In this document: one piece after another, positions 9,743 through 19,671 of the stretch
Position numbering within the stretch: position 1 is the first letter of the stretch
Layout: the number at the start of each line of letters is the position of its first letter
Assembly: GCA_043827025.1 (NCBI GenBank)
Contig: JBDRPL010000009.1
Location: forward strand, 1 to 64,000
Reading direction: 5' to 3'
DNA length: 64,000 nucleotides
Origin: Candidatus Micrarchaeota archaeon
GTDB lineage: Archaea; Micrarchaeota; Micrarchaeia; Anstonellales; Bilamarchaeaceae
The notes under the pieces: generated by a model
What the model was told of the DNA's origin: nothing
The model's database searches: none
Seen by the model: only the letters and a program-made list of their open reading frames with translations
Program-made: the position numbers and the translations under genes

Positions 9743-12427
9743 CTATTTCCTCTCCCCATATTCCTTCAAGAACGCACTGTACTCTTTCAGCATATCTTCT
9801 GTCAAAGATGGCCTTCTTGTCTTTATTATCGCGGCAATGTTATCGGTGGTCATCTTTACCTTCTTTCCAGCTATCTTCTGCCTAAGAATATCCATCTTCA
9901 CCTGCTGGCAGATTGAATAAATGTCTGCACCTGTGAACCCAAGTGTCATTTTTCCAAGTTTCTTAAGATCAAGCCCGTCTGAAATATCTCCAAGATATAA
10001 CTTGAACATCTCTGCCCTTCCTCTTTCATTTGGAGGTGGGATGTAGAATATCTTATCAAATCTTCCTGGTCTCAGAATCGCAGTATCAAGTGCACCAGGC
10101 CTATTGGTAGTCCCGACAACAACGACTCCCTTCAATTCGTTTATACCATCCATCTCTGTCAAAAATTGCCCTGTTACTTCAGAAGCCATGGTGCCCCGTG
10201 ACGGTGCAATACTTTCAATTTCATCAACAAATATTATTGCAGGGGTATTCTCACGCGCACGGTTGAACGTTTCTTTTATTATTGAGACGGCCTGGCTATA
10301 ACCTCGTTTCACAATTTCTGCTCCGGTGAGCACCTGGAAAGATGCCTTTAATTCTCCTGATGCTGCCTTTACAATAAGGGTCTTACCTGTTCCTGGCGGA
10401 CCGAAAAGCAGAATTCCTTTTGCAGGCTTTATTTTCATTTTTTTCATTTCTTCTTCATGCAATAAAGGGAATTCAATTGTTTCAAGGAATGCCTGTTTTA
10501 CCCGATCCAACCCAATGACCTCTTCCCATTTTACAATCTCTTTCTTTTCTGTTTCTTTGGCCCCTATTCTCCTTTCGAAATCTGTCCTGAATTGCTTGAA
10601 GTTGTCAAGGCTTGCAATGCTTGTACTTGGCTTCACTTTGCTGATTATATCAATCACATGCTCTGTTTTCAATGGCACTACGACTCCTTTCTTCATAGCT
10701 TCCTTTGCAGCAAGTTTCACAGCCTCATTTATTATATTTTTTATGTCTGCACCGGAGAATCTCTCTGTTTTTTCTGCGAATTTTTTGTAGTCTATCTTGT
10801 CCTCAATAGGCAGGTTCTTGAGGTGGACTCTGAATATCGCTTCCCTTGTTTTCTTGTCAGGAAGAGACATATATATTATCTTATCAAGCCTTCCAGGCCT
10901 TAGCAATGCCTCGTCAATCTGGTCAGGCACATTCGTGGCGCCTATGAGTATAACTGGCTTCTTGGATTTTATTCCTCCATCTATCTGCTGGAGCAGAATG
11001 CTGAGCACTCTCTGTGCCACATCATCATTTTGCAGGCTCCTTTTCTTCCCTATGCTATCGATCTCATCGAAAAACAATATGGACGGTGCATTCTTTCTGG
11101 CGATTTCGAAGACTTCGCTTACATTCCTTTCAGATTCGCCGTGCCATTGGCTCATGATATCGGATGCCTTCACATAATAGAAACCATATTTCAGTTCCTT
11201 TGCCAATGCCCGCATGAGCATGGTTTTACCTGTTCCAGGAGGACCGAACAAAAGAATGCCTGATGGTGCCTTCATCCCATAAGTATATGCAAGTTCTTTC
11301 TTTTCCAGAGGGACAACTATGGATTCCTTTAATTCATCCTTTACATCATCATAGCCCCCTACGTCTTTCATGGAGACTTCGCTGGAGCCAAGGCCCATGT
11401 CCTGCAAGCCGAACTTCCCGAATTTTTTCATCTTTTCAGTGCGGTTTATCTCTTCTTCCTTGCTTATCTTCACTTCGAATTGTTCGAGTATTGCTATTAA
11501 AATTACTGAAGATGCAACCATTCCTACGAATTCCATGTGGAATTCGGTTGAGGTCAGAGTGGCTATAAAATAATAAATTGGGATTATAAGCAAATATGCT
11601 AAACTCGCAATGCTTTGTGACCTTCTGTTTCTCATTGTTCCTGAAAGGGAGCTGACGAGGTAAAGTACAACTGCCCACCCTAGTATCTGGATAATCCCAG
11701 TATCAGAGAATAGGACAAGCCAGACATTGCTGAATGTTTTTCCCATTGCATTGTCTAATTCGCTCACAGCCTCCCAGGTGGCAAGTCCTGCAAGCGAACT
11801 CAACCCTGTTGGAATGATTTGTACAATTTCCGTAGGGCCCTTGGAAATCATCAGGTCTTGACTTGCAGGCTGATACAACGCTATGTTCACTGGAAGGTAT
11901 GCGCTATTTTCCATGAGCCATATGGAGGAAAAGAGGAGGATGAGAAATACAGATGCGCTTGCAATACCAAGGCTTTTCTTTGATCCGAAATGAAATGCAG
12001 CAATAAGCATTCCGAATATGGTAAACCATCCGAAGAACGAACCAAAAGGTGTGCCATGGAATGCAAATGGCGATAGTATCAGTATCTGCAGGGCTGAAAT
12101 TATTGCCCATTGGGTGAACATCTGGAAAAAGGTAAGTGATATCAATAATGTAAAGAGCCATGCAAGGGGGGCGGATTGGTATGCAACTGCAGGGAATGCC
12201 AAGACCATTCCAAGGCCTGTGCCTGCCCATGGGACTTTATATGCCACGGCCCCGCAGATTATGGCAAGAATTATATTTAGTGGATTTGGGTAGAATGTAA
12301 AAGTGTTGAACAAAAACAGTGTTCCTAGAAATACAAGCATTGAGTTCCAGAACTCTTCATTATCTTGTATCATTTTTAGGTATGCCCGGACTTTTTGATG
12401 TGCCAAGGAGGTTTGCTGAGTTGCCAT
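9743..12427 (-). CDS. Membrane-bound tandem AAA+ ATPase (CDC48-like D1/D2 fused to about 10 N-terminal TM helices)
   Basis: Two GPPGTGKT Walker A motifs, DEID/DEIE Walker B, two RPGR SRH motifs; hydrophobic first ~320 aa. Confidence 0.9.
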   Translation of the reverse strand: MATQQTSLAHQKVRAYLKMIQDNEEFWNSMLVFLGTLFLFNTFTFYPNPLNIILAIICGAVAYKVPWAGTGLGMVLAFPAVAYQSAPLAWLFTLLISLTFFQMFTQWAIISALQILILSPFAFHGTPFGSFFGWFTIFGMLIAAFHFGSKKSLGIASASVFLILLFSSIWLMENSAYLPVNIALYQPASQDLMISKGPTEIVQIIPTGLSSLAGLATWEAVSELDNAMGKTFSNVWLVLFSDTGIIQILGWAVVLYLVSSLSGTMRNRRSQSIASLAYLLIIPIYYFIATLTSTEFHMEFVGMVASSVILIAILEQFEVKISKEEEINRTEKMKKFGKFGLQDMGLGSSEVSMKDVGGYDDVKDELKESIVVPLEKKELAYTYGMKAPSGILLFGPPGTGKTMLMRALAKELKYGFYYVKASDIMSQWHGESERNVSEVFEIARKNAPSILFFDEIDSIGKKRSLQNDDVAQRVLSILLQQIDGGIKSKKPVILIGATNVPDQIDEALLRPGRLDKIIYMSLPDKKTREAIFRVHLKNLPIEDKIDYKKFAEKTERFSGADIKNIINEAVKLAAKEAMKKGVVVPLKTEHVIDIISKVKPSTSIASLDNFKQFRTDFERRIGAKETEKKEIVKWEEVIGLDRVKQAFLETIEFPLLHEEEMKKMKIKPAKGILLFGPPGTGKTLIVKAASGELKASFQVLTGAEIVKRGYSQAVSIIKETFNRARENTPAIIFVDEIESIAPSRGTMASEVTGQFLTEMDGINELKGVVVVGTTNRPGALDTAILRPGRFDKIFYIPPPNERGRAEMFKLYLGDISDGLDLKKLGKMTLGFTGADIYSICQQVKMDILRQKIAGKKVKMTTDNIAAIIKTRRPSLTEDMLKEYSAFLKEYGERK

Positions 12428-12592
12428 TGGAACTATTTTACCTTTTATGTTTTTTAATCTTCCCTGCCAGACTTTTCCGGTGATTATGCAGATACTAAGA
12501 AATTTTTAGTTTCAGGAATTGCAGTGTCTAAGCTGGGCGAATGAAAAAATATAAAAAAAAACAAAAAACAAATAAAACTGTTTTTTCTTTTT

Positions 12593-13789
12593 TTATCTAC
12601 AAGCCAATTTCGTATATTCCTCAGAATATTTTCCAGCAGTAGGCGTGCCTGTGCTTCCAAGTACAAATCTCGTAAAGAAGACTTTTGATGCACCGTTTCT
12701 CAAAGCTCCAAGGAATGAAGGTGCCATATCTGCCTTTTCCTTGTATTCAGCCTCGGTTATCCATATTGGTTTGCTGATGTTGACAGCATTAAGCTGTTCC
12801 TTCCATTTTTTAGTATTTAGGTTGGTGACATCCCCACTTTTTACATAGTGCATGTTGGTTATGTCTATATAATCTCCAAGTCCTTTTTGGTATTCTACTT
12901 TCCAGTATAGCAAAAACGTAGTTGTGGTTCCTGCTGCGCCACCTTGTACTATCTTGCAGTCTTCGCAAGTCTCTTTGATTGCCCCATAGCTTGCCTTTAC
13001 GACATCCAGATAATCCTGCTGGTCTCCTTTGAAGAAGTTCAGGGTACTTGATTCCAATTCAGGTTCATTTATTATTTCCCAATATTTTATCGGGTATTTC
13101 AAGCCAGGCATATCATTGATACCATCTCCATCATATCTTTCAACCAGCTTGGTCAGGAACTTCGTATAATCTGCCATGCTATATGGTTTACATCTCATGG
13201 CAGGTATTCCCTTGTTGGTTCCACTTGGATAGAATTCATCCTCCTTTCCTACACTACAATCCTTTGAGTATTTCTTCTGGTCCCAGTCTGCAAATGGCCA
13301 GATTGTTGCGAGTATTGTTACGTTATTTTTCTGGGCGGCAATGGCATATTCATCAGTTCTGCTGAAATCGTATTTCTCTGCCTCAGTTGGCTGGACGAAC
13401 CCCCAGACAAATGGGCCAGGGTGTGGTCTTACCCAGCTTGCACCTATTGTATTTACTGTTGACATTTCTTCAGGAGTTCCGACAAGGAATCCAATACAGT
13501 TTCCCTCTATTTCTGGAGGTATGGACAACTTTTCGGTTTTTGCTGGTTCCACTACGGTGGTTTCCTCCTTTGGAGGCTCTACGACAGGAAGTTCCTGTGT
13601 TTTATTTTCAACGGGTATAATCGGAATCTGATCAATCGGTTTTTTTTCTGGTTCGATTACTGTCACCTTTTCCTGTTCTACCACGATCTTTACGTTCACT
13701 TCTTCAGGTGCTTCCTGCTTTTTAGCAGTACTCTGTGTGCATCCGAAAACCAGCATCAATATCAAGATAGCAGCCATCAGCCTTTTCAT
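12593..13789 (-). CDS. Lipoprotein glycoside hydrolase, clan GH-A (GH39/GH5-like)
   Basis: Lipobox VFGC, Pro/Glu linker, YWEIINEPE acid/base, HY, IWITE nucleophile. Confidence 0.75.
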   Translation of the reverse strand: MKRLMAAILILMLVFGCTQSTAKKQEAPEEVNVKIVVEQEKVTVIEPEKKPIDQIPIIPVENKTQELPVVEPPKEETTVVEPAKTEKLSIPPEIEGNCIGFLVGTPEEMSTVNTIGASWVRPHPGPFVWGFVQPTEAEKYDFSRTDEYAIAAQKNNVTILATIWPFADWDQKKYSKDCSVGKEDEFYPSGTNKGIPAMRCKPYSMADYTKFLTKLVERYDGDGINDMPGLKYPIKYWEIINEPELESSTLNFFKGDQQDYLDVVKASYGAIKETCEDCKIVQGGAAGTTTTFLLYWKVEYQKGLGDYIDITNMHYVKSGDVTNLNTKKWKEQLNAVNISKPIWITEAEYKEKADMAPSFLGALRNGASKVFFTRFVLGSTGTPTAGKYSEEYTKLACR

Positions 13790-13810
13790 ATTTTCACCTT
13801 TTCTTTATCT

Positions 13811-14077
13811 TTATTCGATCTTTATTTCCACGCTTGGATTTATCTTTCTCCATTCTCCCATGTAGTTCTCCCACAACGCCCTTATGGTCGAATCATATAC
13901 CAAATTGTATTTTGATGCGACCTCTTTTGGCCTGTCGATTTCTATAAGAGGAAACCGCCTCATGAAGGAGATCTCGTCACGGAAGGGATTTCTTTCAATG
14001 ACATATAGTCTTTTCTTTTCTCTTTTCTTGTCCTCACACCATTGGATTACTTTTTCAATTTCGTCCTTGGTTGTCAT
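13811..14077 (-). CDS. Hypothetical protein
   Basis: 88-aa ORF with plausible composition. Confidence 0.6.
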   Translation of the reverse strand: MTTKDEIEKVIQWCEDKKREKKRLYVIERNPFRDEISFMRRFPLIEIDRPKEVASKYNLVYDSTIRALWENYMGEWRKINPSVEIKIE

Positions 14078-14208
14078 ATTGTCATTTCACATGGGTTGTT
14101 TAAAATGTTGCCTTTTTTGTTAGCCTAAATGCAGCACGTTCGTCTTTTGTCGTCATTTTCTTCCAGTCCAAGTGACAATTAAAAAGCTTTTGGTGGCATA
14201 TTATTTTT

Positions 14209-15015
14209 ATGTTGGCTGAAGAGATTTTATCGCAGATAGATGTATTGCCAGTTAAAGAACTTTTACCTCATGAAGAAACGATATCTCTTAATCTGAAGAA
14301 GCTCAAGGAAGCAATGCTTAACATAGGCCATCTTGTAGATCCTGTTGTCATAGACAAAAAGACGAAACTGGTTCTCGACGGTCACCACAGAAGAAAGGTC
14401 CTTGACCTCATTGAATGTCCTAATGTCACCTGCCAGACTGTTGACTATATGAGTGACAAAATAACTGTTGGTTCGTGGTATCCTATATTTGACAATAAAA
14501 GTATTCGGGACGTCATTGCGACTCCGAATTTGAAATCAGAAGAGGTTGATTTTGAGGCTGGCCTCAATGCAGTGAATAAACTCCAGGCAGCATTTCTGAT
14601 GTACCAGAATATTGATGGAAAGAAAAAAGCTTATTTGTTGAATCCTGGACATTATAAACTGAGAGAGATGATCGAAGAGCAGAACTTCGTATTCTCTACT
14701 ATAAATGGTTCTATTAACTGGAGGTATATTTCAGACGATCTTGCAAGCAACTACCTTGAGACTGGGAGTACTGTGCTTTACAGGAGAATCTATTCAAAAG
14801 CAGAGATTGTGAAGATGGCACAGGACCACACCCCTTTTCCTCCGAAATCCACCCGGCATTGCATTCCTGACAGGATTATCAGATTAAATATGAAATTAGG
14901 ATGGTTGCACGAGGATAAGGACGAGGCATTCAACTATCTGAAGTCAATGCTTGAAAAGCGCCTTTATGAAGGCAATGTAAGAAGGTATTCCGAGCCTGTG
15001 ATTGTAATTTATTAA
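14209..15015 (+). CDS. serK: ParB/Srx-fold free serine kinase SerK-like
   Basis: PHE, LDGHHR, DY...WYP, EEQ and FPPKSTRH motifs match the Thermococcus SerK pattern as recalled. Confidence 0.75.
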   Translation: MLAEEILSQIDVLPVKELLPHEETISLNLKKLKEAMLNIGHLVDPVVIDKKTKLVLDGHHRRKVLDLIECPNVTCQTVDYMSDKITVGSWYPIFDNKSIRDVIATPNLKSEEVDFEAGLNAVNKLQAAFLMYQNIDGKKKAYLLNPGHYKLREMIEEQNFVFSTINGSINWRYISDDLASNYLETGSTVLYRRIYSKAEIVKMAQDHTPFPPKSTRHCIPDRIIRLNMKLGWLHEDKDEAFNYLKSMLEKRLYEGNVRRYSEPVIVIY

Positions 15016-15046
15016 TTTTATTCGATTATTGCACTGTTGGTTCTAC

Positions 15047-15937
15047 ATGATCAAAAATCTCCTAAGGCAGACTTCAGTCATATTTTTGCTTGCGCTGGTT
15101 TTTGCATTTGTATCTCCTGGTTTTTCAACCACTGTAGATGATTATCTAACCCCATTGCTCATAGTTGCAATGACCTTTTCTATTGTAGAAGTAAAATTCG
15201 ATCTCCATACTTTCATAAAGGGAAAGGCATACCTCGCAAGGGCGTTTTTCTTTAATTATGTGGTCTGCACTGGAGTCACCCTTTTGCTTACCTACTTGCT
15301 AATTCAGGATCCTGACACTTTCAAGGGCATGGTGCTTTTTGCCTCAATTCCTTCTGCAGTTGGCGTTCTCTCCTACTCGAAAATCCTGAAAGGCAATGGC
15401 GAATATGTCTTGAATGGGCAGATAATCCTCTATCTTGCCTCGCTTGTCTTGATGCCTTTAATAGTTTATTCCATATTGGGAACCTCAGTAGATACCTCAA
15501 AGCTTGTGGAAAGCCTTTTTCTTATGATTCTCCTTCCTCTTATTTTCTCTAGAATCGTAAGGAGGATGAACATCAAGAATCTTGCAGAATATGAAAAGAT
15601 AATAATAAACATAGCATTCTTTTTCGTTTTCTATGCAGTACTTGGGCCGAACATGGACAAACTTGTTTTGAGTTCATTGACAATCGCTCTTTTCATGGTT
15701 TTCTTTTTCAGGAAGTTCATTGTGGGTACAATTGTCTTCTTTGCAGACAGATACTTAAAAGTGCCAAAGGATATCGCAGTTGACGATGTTCTTTTCTCTA
15801 CGTATAAGAACGAAGGGCTTGCAGTTGCGCTTGCAATGGCTCTTGCAGGCCCAGTTGCAGTATTTCCAGGGGCTATAGTCACCATAGTTTCCGTATTCCT
15901 TTTCATTTATCTTGAGCAGATGTTTAAGATGTATTAG
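15047..15937 (+). CDS. Bile acid:Na+ symporter (BASS/PanS-like) family transporter
   Basis: About 9-10 TM helices; ASIPSA and YKNEGLAVALA motifs. Confidence 0.7.
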   Translation: MIKNLLRQTSVIFLLALVFAFVSPGFSTTVDDYLTPLLIVAMTFSIVEVKFDLHTFIKGKAYLARAFFFNYVVCTGVTLLLTYLLIQDPDTFKGMVLFASIPSAVGVLSYSKILKGNGEYVLNGQIILYLASLVLMPLIVYSILGTSVDTSKLVESLFLMILLPLIFSRIVRRMNIKNLAEYEKIIINIAFFFVFYAVLGPNMDKLVLSSLTIALFMVFFFRKFIVGTIVFFADRYLKVPKDIAVDDVLFSTYKNEGLAVALAMALAGPVAVFPGAIVTIVSVFLFIYLEQMFKMY

Positions 15938-16012
15938 TTGGCAGGGATTATGTCACCAGAGTTTACAGCACCTATTTATTTTTTTTGTTTCATATTATTG
16001 GATGGTGAAATT

Positions 16013-17101
16013 ATGGTTTTATTAGGTCCAGGTCCGGTTCCTGTGCTACCCGAGATAAGCAATGCACAGACAAAGGAAATGATAACTCACAGAAGCAAGG
16101 AATTCACAGCACTTTATTCTGACCTTTGCACCAGATTAAGAGGTTATTTTGGCGCTGAGGAATCGTATGTCATCACAGGTTCAGGAGCTCTTGGCCTTGA
16201 AGCACTGTTTGCTAATTTGACATTCAAGGATAAAGAAATAATCTGTTTTGCAAATGGGGAGTTTGGAGATAAATTGGTTGAGACTGCGAATGTCTATACT
16301 GATTTTCGGGGATTCAATATAGGAGGGGTATTGCCTGAGGGAGGCATTGGCTGGAATCTTGAAAGGGCAAAAGCCCAGATTGACATTTCAAAGGCACAAG
16401 TCCTGGGAATGGTCTATAATGAGACTGGTTATGGCGTACGCAATCACATCAAGGAAATATGCAAGTATGCAAAATCAAAAGGAATGATTACAATCATAGA
16501 TGGTATTTCAGCATGGCCTGGAACTGAATTCAACATGAAGGAATTCCATGTGGATGGTTTTGTTACAGGGAGCCAGAAAGGCATCGGAGCGCCTCCTGGC
16601 ATGGCCATGATTGGCCTGAGCAAAGAAGCTGTTAACATTTTTAGCAAAAGGAAAAGCATTCCTAGTTATTATCTTGACCTAAGAAGGCACAAGAAAAGAT
16701 ATGAAAAAGATCAGCAGACTCCAAATACACCTGCAATAAGTTTGTTTTGGGCATTGCAGAAGGCATTTGATATTCTTGATCGAGGCGGGGGGTTGCCAGC
16801 TTGCGTTAAACGTCATGCAGATGCAGCATCTCATGTTCGTTCGCGATTGACAAAGATGGGCTTTAGGTTGGTTGCAGAAAAAGGATTTGAATCCAATACA
16901 GTAACAGGTTTTGTTTGCGAAAGCCCAGAGCAGGCAAAGATGATAAAAGATAGATTAGACAAGGAGTTCCAGATAAAGATTGTTGGCTGTAGAGGCTATT
17001 TCCTAAACAATGGACTAAGGATAGCTCACATGGGCAACTTCCAGATGAAATGGCTTGATGATTGTCTGGATGGGATTGAGAAGATCATAAAAAAAGAATA
17101 A
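16013..17101 (+). CDS. Class V PLP aminotransferase (serine-pyruvate/archaeal phosphoserine aminotransferase type)
   Basis: LGPGPV, HRS, NETG, DGISA, TGSQKG...PPG (PLP Lys), TPNTP, RIAHMG; GGTG RBS before ATG 16013. Confidence 0.9.
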   Translation: MVLLGPGPVPVLPEISNAQTKEMITHRSKEFTALYSDLCTRLRGYFGAEESYVITGSGALGLEALFANLTFKDKEIICFANGEFGDKLVETANVYTDFRGFNIGGVLPEGGIGWNLERAKAQIDISKAQVLGMVYNETGYGVRNHIKEICKYAKSKGMITIIDGISAWPGTEFNMKEFHVDGFVTGSQKGIGAPPGMAMIGLSKEAVNIFSKRKSIPSYYLDLRRHKKRYEKDQQTPNTPAISLFWALQKAFDILDRGGGLPACVKRHADAASHVRSRLTKMGFRLVAEKGFESNTVTGFVCESPEQAKMIKDRLDKEFQIKIVGCRGYFLNNGLRIAHMGNFQMKWLDDCLDGIEKIIKKE

Positions 17102-17103
17102 AG

Positions 17104-17508
17104 TTAAGCAGGCCGTCTTGTTTTTCCTGTCTTAACTGGAGTAGTTGCCTTAGGTTGTTCAAAGCTACCGGTAGCTGCTGGTAAACAGGCATCTCTTACT
17201 TGTCGAATGTATGTAGTTACCCTCTCTTGAGGCGTTTTTAATCCTGCAATCTTTTCTTCTCCAGCCCTTCTTACAGCATCGCTCAAATCCCTTCTTTCAA
17301 GCAGTTTAGCAACAACACCAATACTTCCATTATGCTCATATGATTCTATGCTCCTAAGCAATGCCGGTTCTATTGCTTCTGTTAGTTGTGTAACTCCTTG
17401 TGATTGAACGTAATAATCAGCTAATGCATTCAACTTCTAGCTTCTAGCAAGCGCATCCAATGCATCTACAAAATCTTCTTTGGTAACGTTATTCACTCCA
17501 GTTGTCAT
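17104..17508 (-). pseudogene. Orphan helical-repeat protein interrupted by an in-frame TAG (17437-17439)
   Basis: GGAG RBS and ATG 17508; MTTGVNNVTKEDFVDALDALARS*KLNALAD... continues in frame into ORF 17104-17433. Confidence 0.55.
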
Positions 17509-17654
17509 ACATATCTCCACTCAAGAATATTAGACCTAACTGTTTTTAAATGTCGTGTTAACATATGTTAAATACTGATTTATTAATGATCCCTACCATA
17601 ACGAATGTATAAAAATATCATCTGTTTATCAACATTGAATTTTTTGGTGGTTTT

Positions 17655-17933
17655 ATGGTAGAACTGACGTATAAAGAAGACAATTACAAATCAGGCAGCG
17701 GTAAGGTCCTTTTGCAGACTTTGTATATAAAAAACAAAGGCAAGGTCATATGTGAATTATCTGGAAGAACAATTGGTGGCCTGCAGCAAATGAAGAAGTC
17801 TGATCCTAAGAATTATGAATCTACAATCAAGAGATATCTTGGGGAAGTCGTTAGGGGCTTGCCAAAAGAGGAAGCGGATGCAGTTATGAAGGAAGTTACT
17901 GAAAAGCTGAATTCATATAAGGATCTAATGTAA
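17655..17933 (+). CDS. Hypothetical protein
   Basis: GGTGG RBS, 92-aa ORF. Confidence 0.65.
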   Translation: MVELTYKEDNYKSGSGKVLLQTLYIKNKGKVICELSGRTIGGLQQMKKSDPKNYESTIKRYLGEVVRGLPKEEADAVMKEVTEKLNSYKDLM

Positions 17934-17993
17934 GGATTCTAGTTATGCGAATGCTCTTGGCATAGCAAAAAAATTAAAGGAGATGGTGAAACT

Positions 17994-18152
17994 ATGGGAT
18001 GTGCAAAATGTGGTGCAAGCTCTATAAAGTCGACAGCTACGTGTTCTAAATGCAATGCAGGTTTTGGCCTTTGCCAGAATTGCATAAACAGTTGGAAAAC
18101 ATATGCCTGTCCTAGTTGCAAGACAACCTTTGCAAGCTGGAAAGGCATATAA
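17994..18152 (+). CDS. Cys-rich micro-protein with four CxxC motifs (52 aa, double Zn finger)
   Basis: GGAGATGGTG RBS; MGCAKCGASSIKSTATCSKCNAGFGLCQNCINSWKTYACPSCKTTFASWKGI; below the ORF-track cutoff. Confidence 0.8.
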   Translation: MGCAKCGASSIKSTATCSKCNAGFGLCQNCINSWKTYACPSCKTTFASWKGI

Positions 18153-18231
18153 CCTTTTCTTTTTTTATCGAAACACAATTGTTTTAAATTCTTATTTCTT
18201 TATCTTATGCTATACTTTTAGGTTGATTTCT

Positions 18232-18429
18232 ATGGGAATAAAAATAAATCACGATGGTTGTATCCTATGTGTTGGATGTTCCTCAGTATGTCCTGCAGGG
18301 GCAATTGAAGTCGTAGGTACAAGGATGAAGGTTGACAACAGCAAGTGTATAAATTGTTCAATATGTGTAAAGGGCTGTCCTGCAAATGTTATCCATATGG
18401 ATAAGGGACTCAAGACTTCTGAGGATTAG
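18232..18429 (+). CDS. 2x[4Fe-4S] ferredoxin
   Basis: CILCVGCSSVCP and CINCSICVKGCP; directly upstream of GGR. Confidence 0.92.
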   Translation: MGIKINHDGCILCVGCSSVCPAGAIEVVGTRMKVDNSKCINCSICVKGCPANVIHMDKGLKTSED

Positions 18430-18453
18430 TCCCTATTTATCAAGGTGAAATTT

Positions 18454-19671
18454 ATGGATTATGATCATGACATGATTATCATTGGCGGCGGGCCATCTGG
18501 CTCAACATTGGCAAGGATTGCAGCAGGTGCAGGCCTTGATGTGTTAGTGGTGGACAAGAGGAAGCAGATTGGAGTTCCAGTCAGATGTGGTGAGGGTCTT
18601 GGGGAGCGAGAAGTGGTGGCAGAAGGCCTTGATCTTCCGAAGCAATGTATTTCAACAGACATTCACGGTGCAAAAGTAGTTGCGCCTAATGGCAAGTCTA
18701 TAGTGTGGAAAGATGAACAGACAACTGGCTGGGTTCTTGAGAGAAAGGTGTTTGACCAATGGCTTTCAGAACTGGCAGTCAAAAAGGGAGCACAGTTTTT
18801 GACTTACACTCGAGCATCCGACATTCTAAAGGATGAGAAAGGAAAGCCATGCGGTGCAGTTTTGTCCAATGGCGGACGCGAACCTTACGAAGTAAGGGCA
18901 CCATTGATTGTTTCTGCTGAAGGAATGGAAGCAATGATGGCAAGGAAGATGGGCTTCAAAACAGTTCATCAGTTGTATGACGTTGACACTTGTTATCAGT
19001 ATGAGATGCAGGAATATGATCATGAGAATTTGATTGAATTATATTTTGGTAACCAAATCGCACCAAGAGGCTATGTCTGGATTTTTCCAAAGGCAAACAA
19101 GAAAGCTAATGTTGGAATCGGAGTTGGTGGCCTTGTCACAAACGGAGATAAGCTTGGCGGAGTAAAAGGCGCAGCACCAAAGCCTTTGCTTGATGACTTT
19201 ATTGAAAAGAATGATCAATTGAAGAAGGCAAGCAGACTTTGTAATTTTGGAGGGGTAATCTCAGTTGGTGCACCGTTGAGCGAGTTCGTTAGTGATAATT
19301 GCATGGCAATTGGAACAGCAGCAAAACAAGTCGATCCGATCCATGGAGGTGGAATCGCACTTGCAATGGAATCTGGGGTATTAGCTGCTGACACAATATT
19401 GAAAGCGTTTGAGAAGAAAGATTTTTCTAAGAATGCGCTTATGCCTTACCAGAACAACTGGAATTCAGGTCCAGGAAAAAAATGCGCCAAACGTCTATTG
19501 CTGAGAAAGGTAATGGAAAAGGTTAGTGATGATGATCTGAACTACATCTTCAACACAATTACGCCTAAAGACTTGGATGATACAATGGTGGGAAAGTTCG
19601 CAGGCCCGGTTGCAAAGGTCTTGGCAGGAAGACCAGGATTGTTGAAGATATTGGGTGCGTTGATAAGCTGA
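18454..19671 (+). CDS. Digeranylgeranylglycerophospholipid (geranylgeranyl) reductase
   Basis: GGGPSG FAD motif, PVRCGEG, APRGYVWIFPK, DPIHGGGI. Confidence 0.9.
   Translation: MDYDHDMIIIGGGPSGSTLARIAAGAGLDVLVVDKRKQIGVPVRCGEGLGEREVVAEGLDLPKQCISTDIHGAKVVAPNGKSIVWKDEQTTGWVLERKVFDQWLSELAVKKGAQFLTYTRASDILKDEKGKPCGAVLSNGGREPYEVRAPLIVSAEGMEAMMARKMGFKTVHQLYDVDTCYQYEMQEYDHENLIELYFGNQIAPRGYVWIFPKANKKANVGIGVGGLVTNGDKLGGVKGAAPKPLLDDFIEKNDQLKKASRLCNFGGVISVGAPLSEFVSDNCMAIGTAAKQVDPIHGGGIALAMESGVLAADTILKAFEKKDFSKNALMPYQNNWNSGPGKKCAKRLLLRKVMEKVSDDDLNYIFNTITPKDLDDTMVGKFAGPVAKVLAGRPGLLKILGALIS

Noticed and set aside
14209..15015. Chromosome-partitioning ParB
   Set aside because: No HTH or adjacent parA; the C-terminal WYP and PKSTRH motifs fit the SerK family
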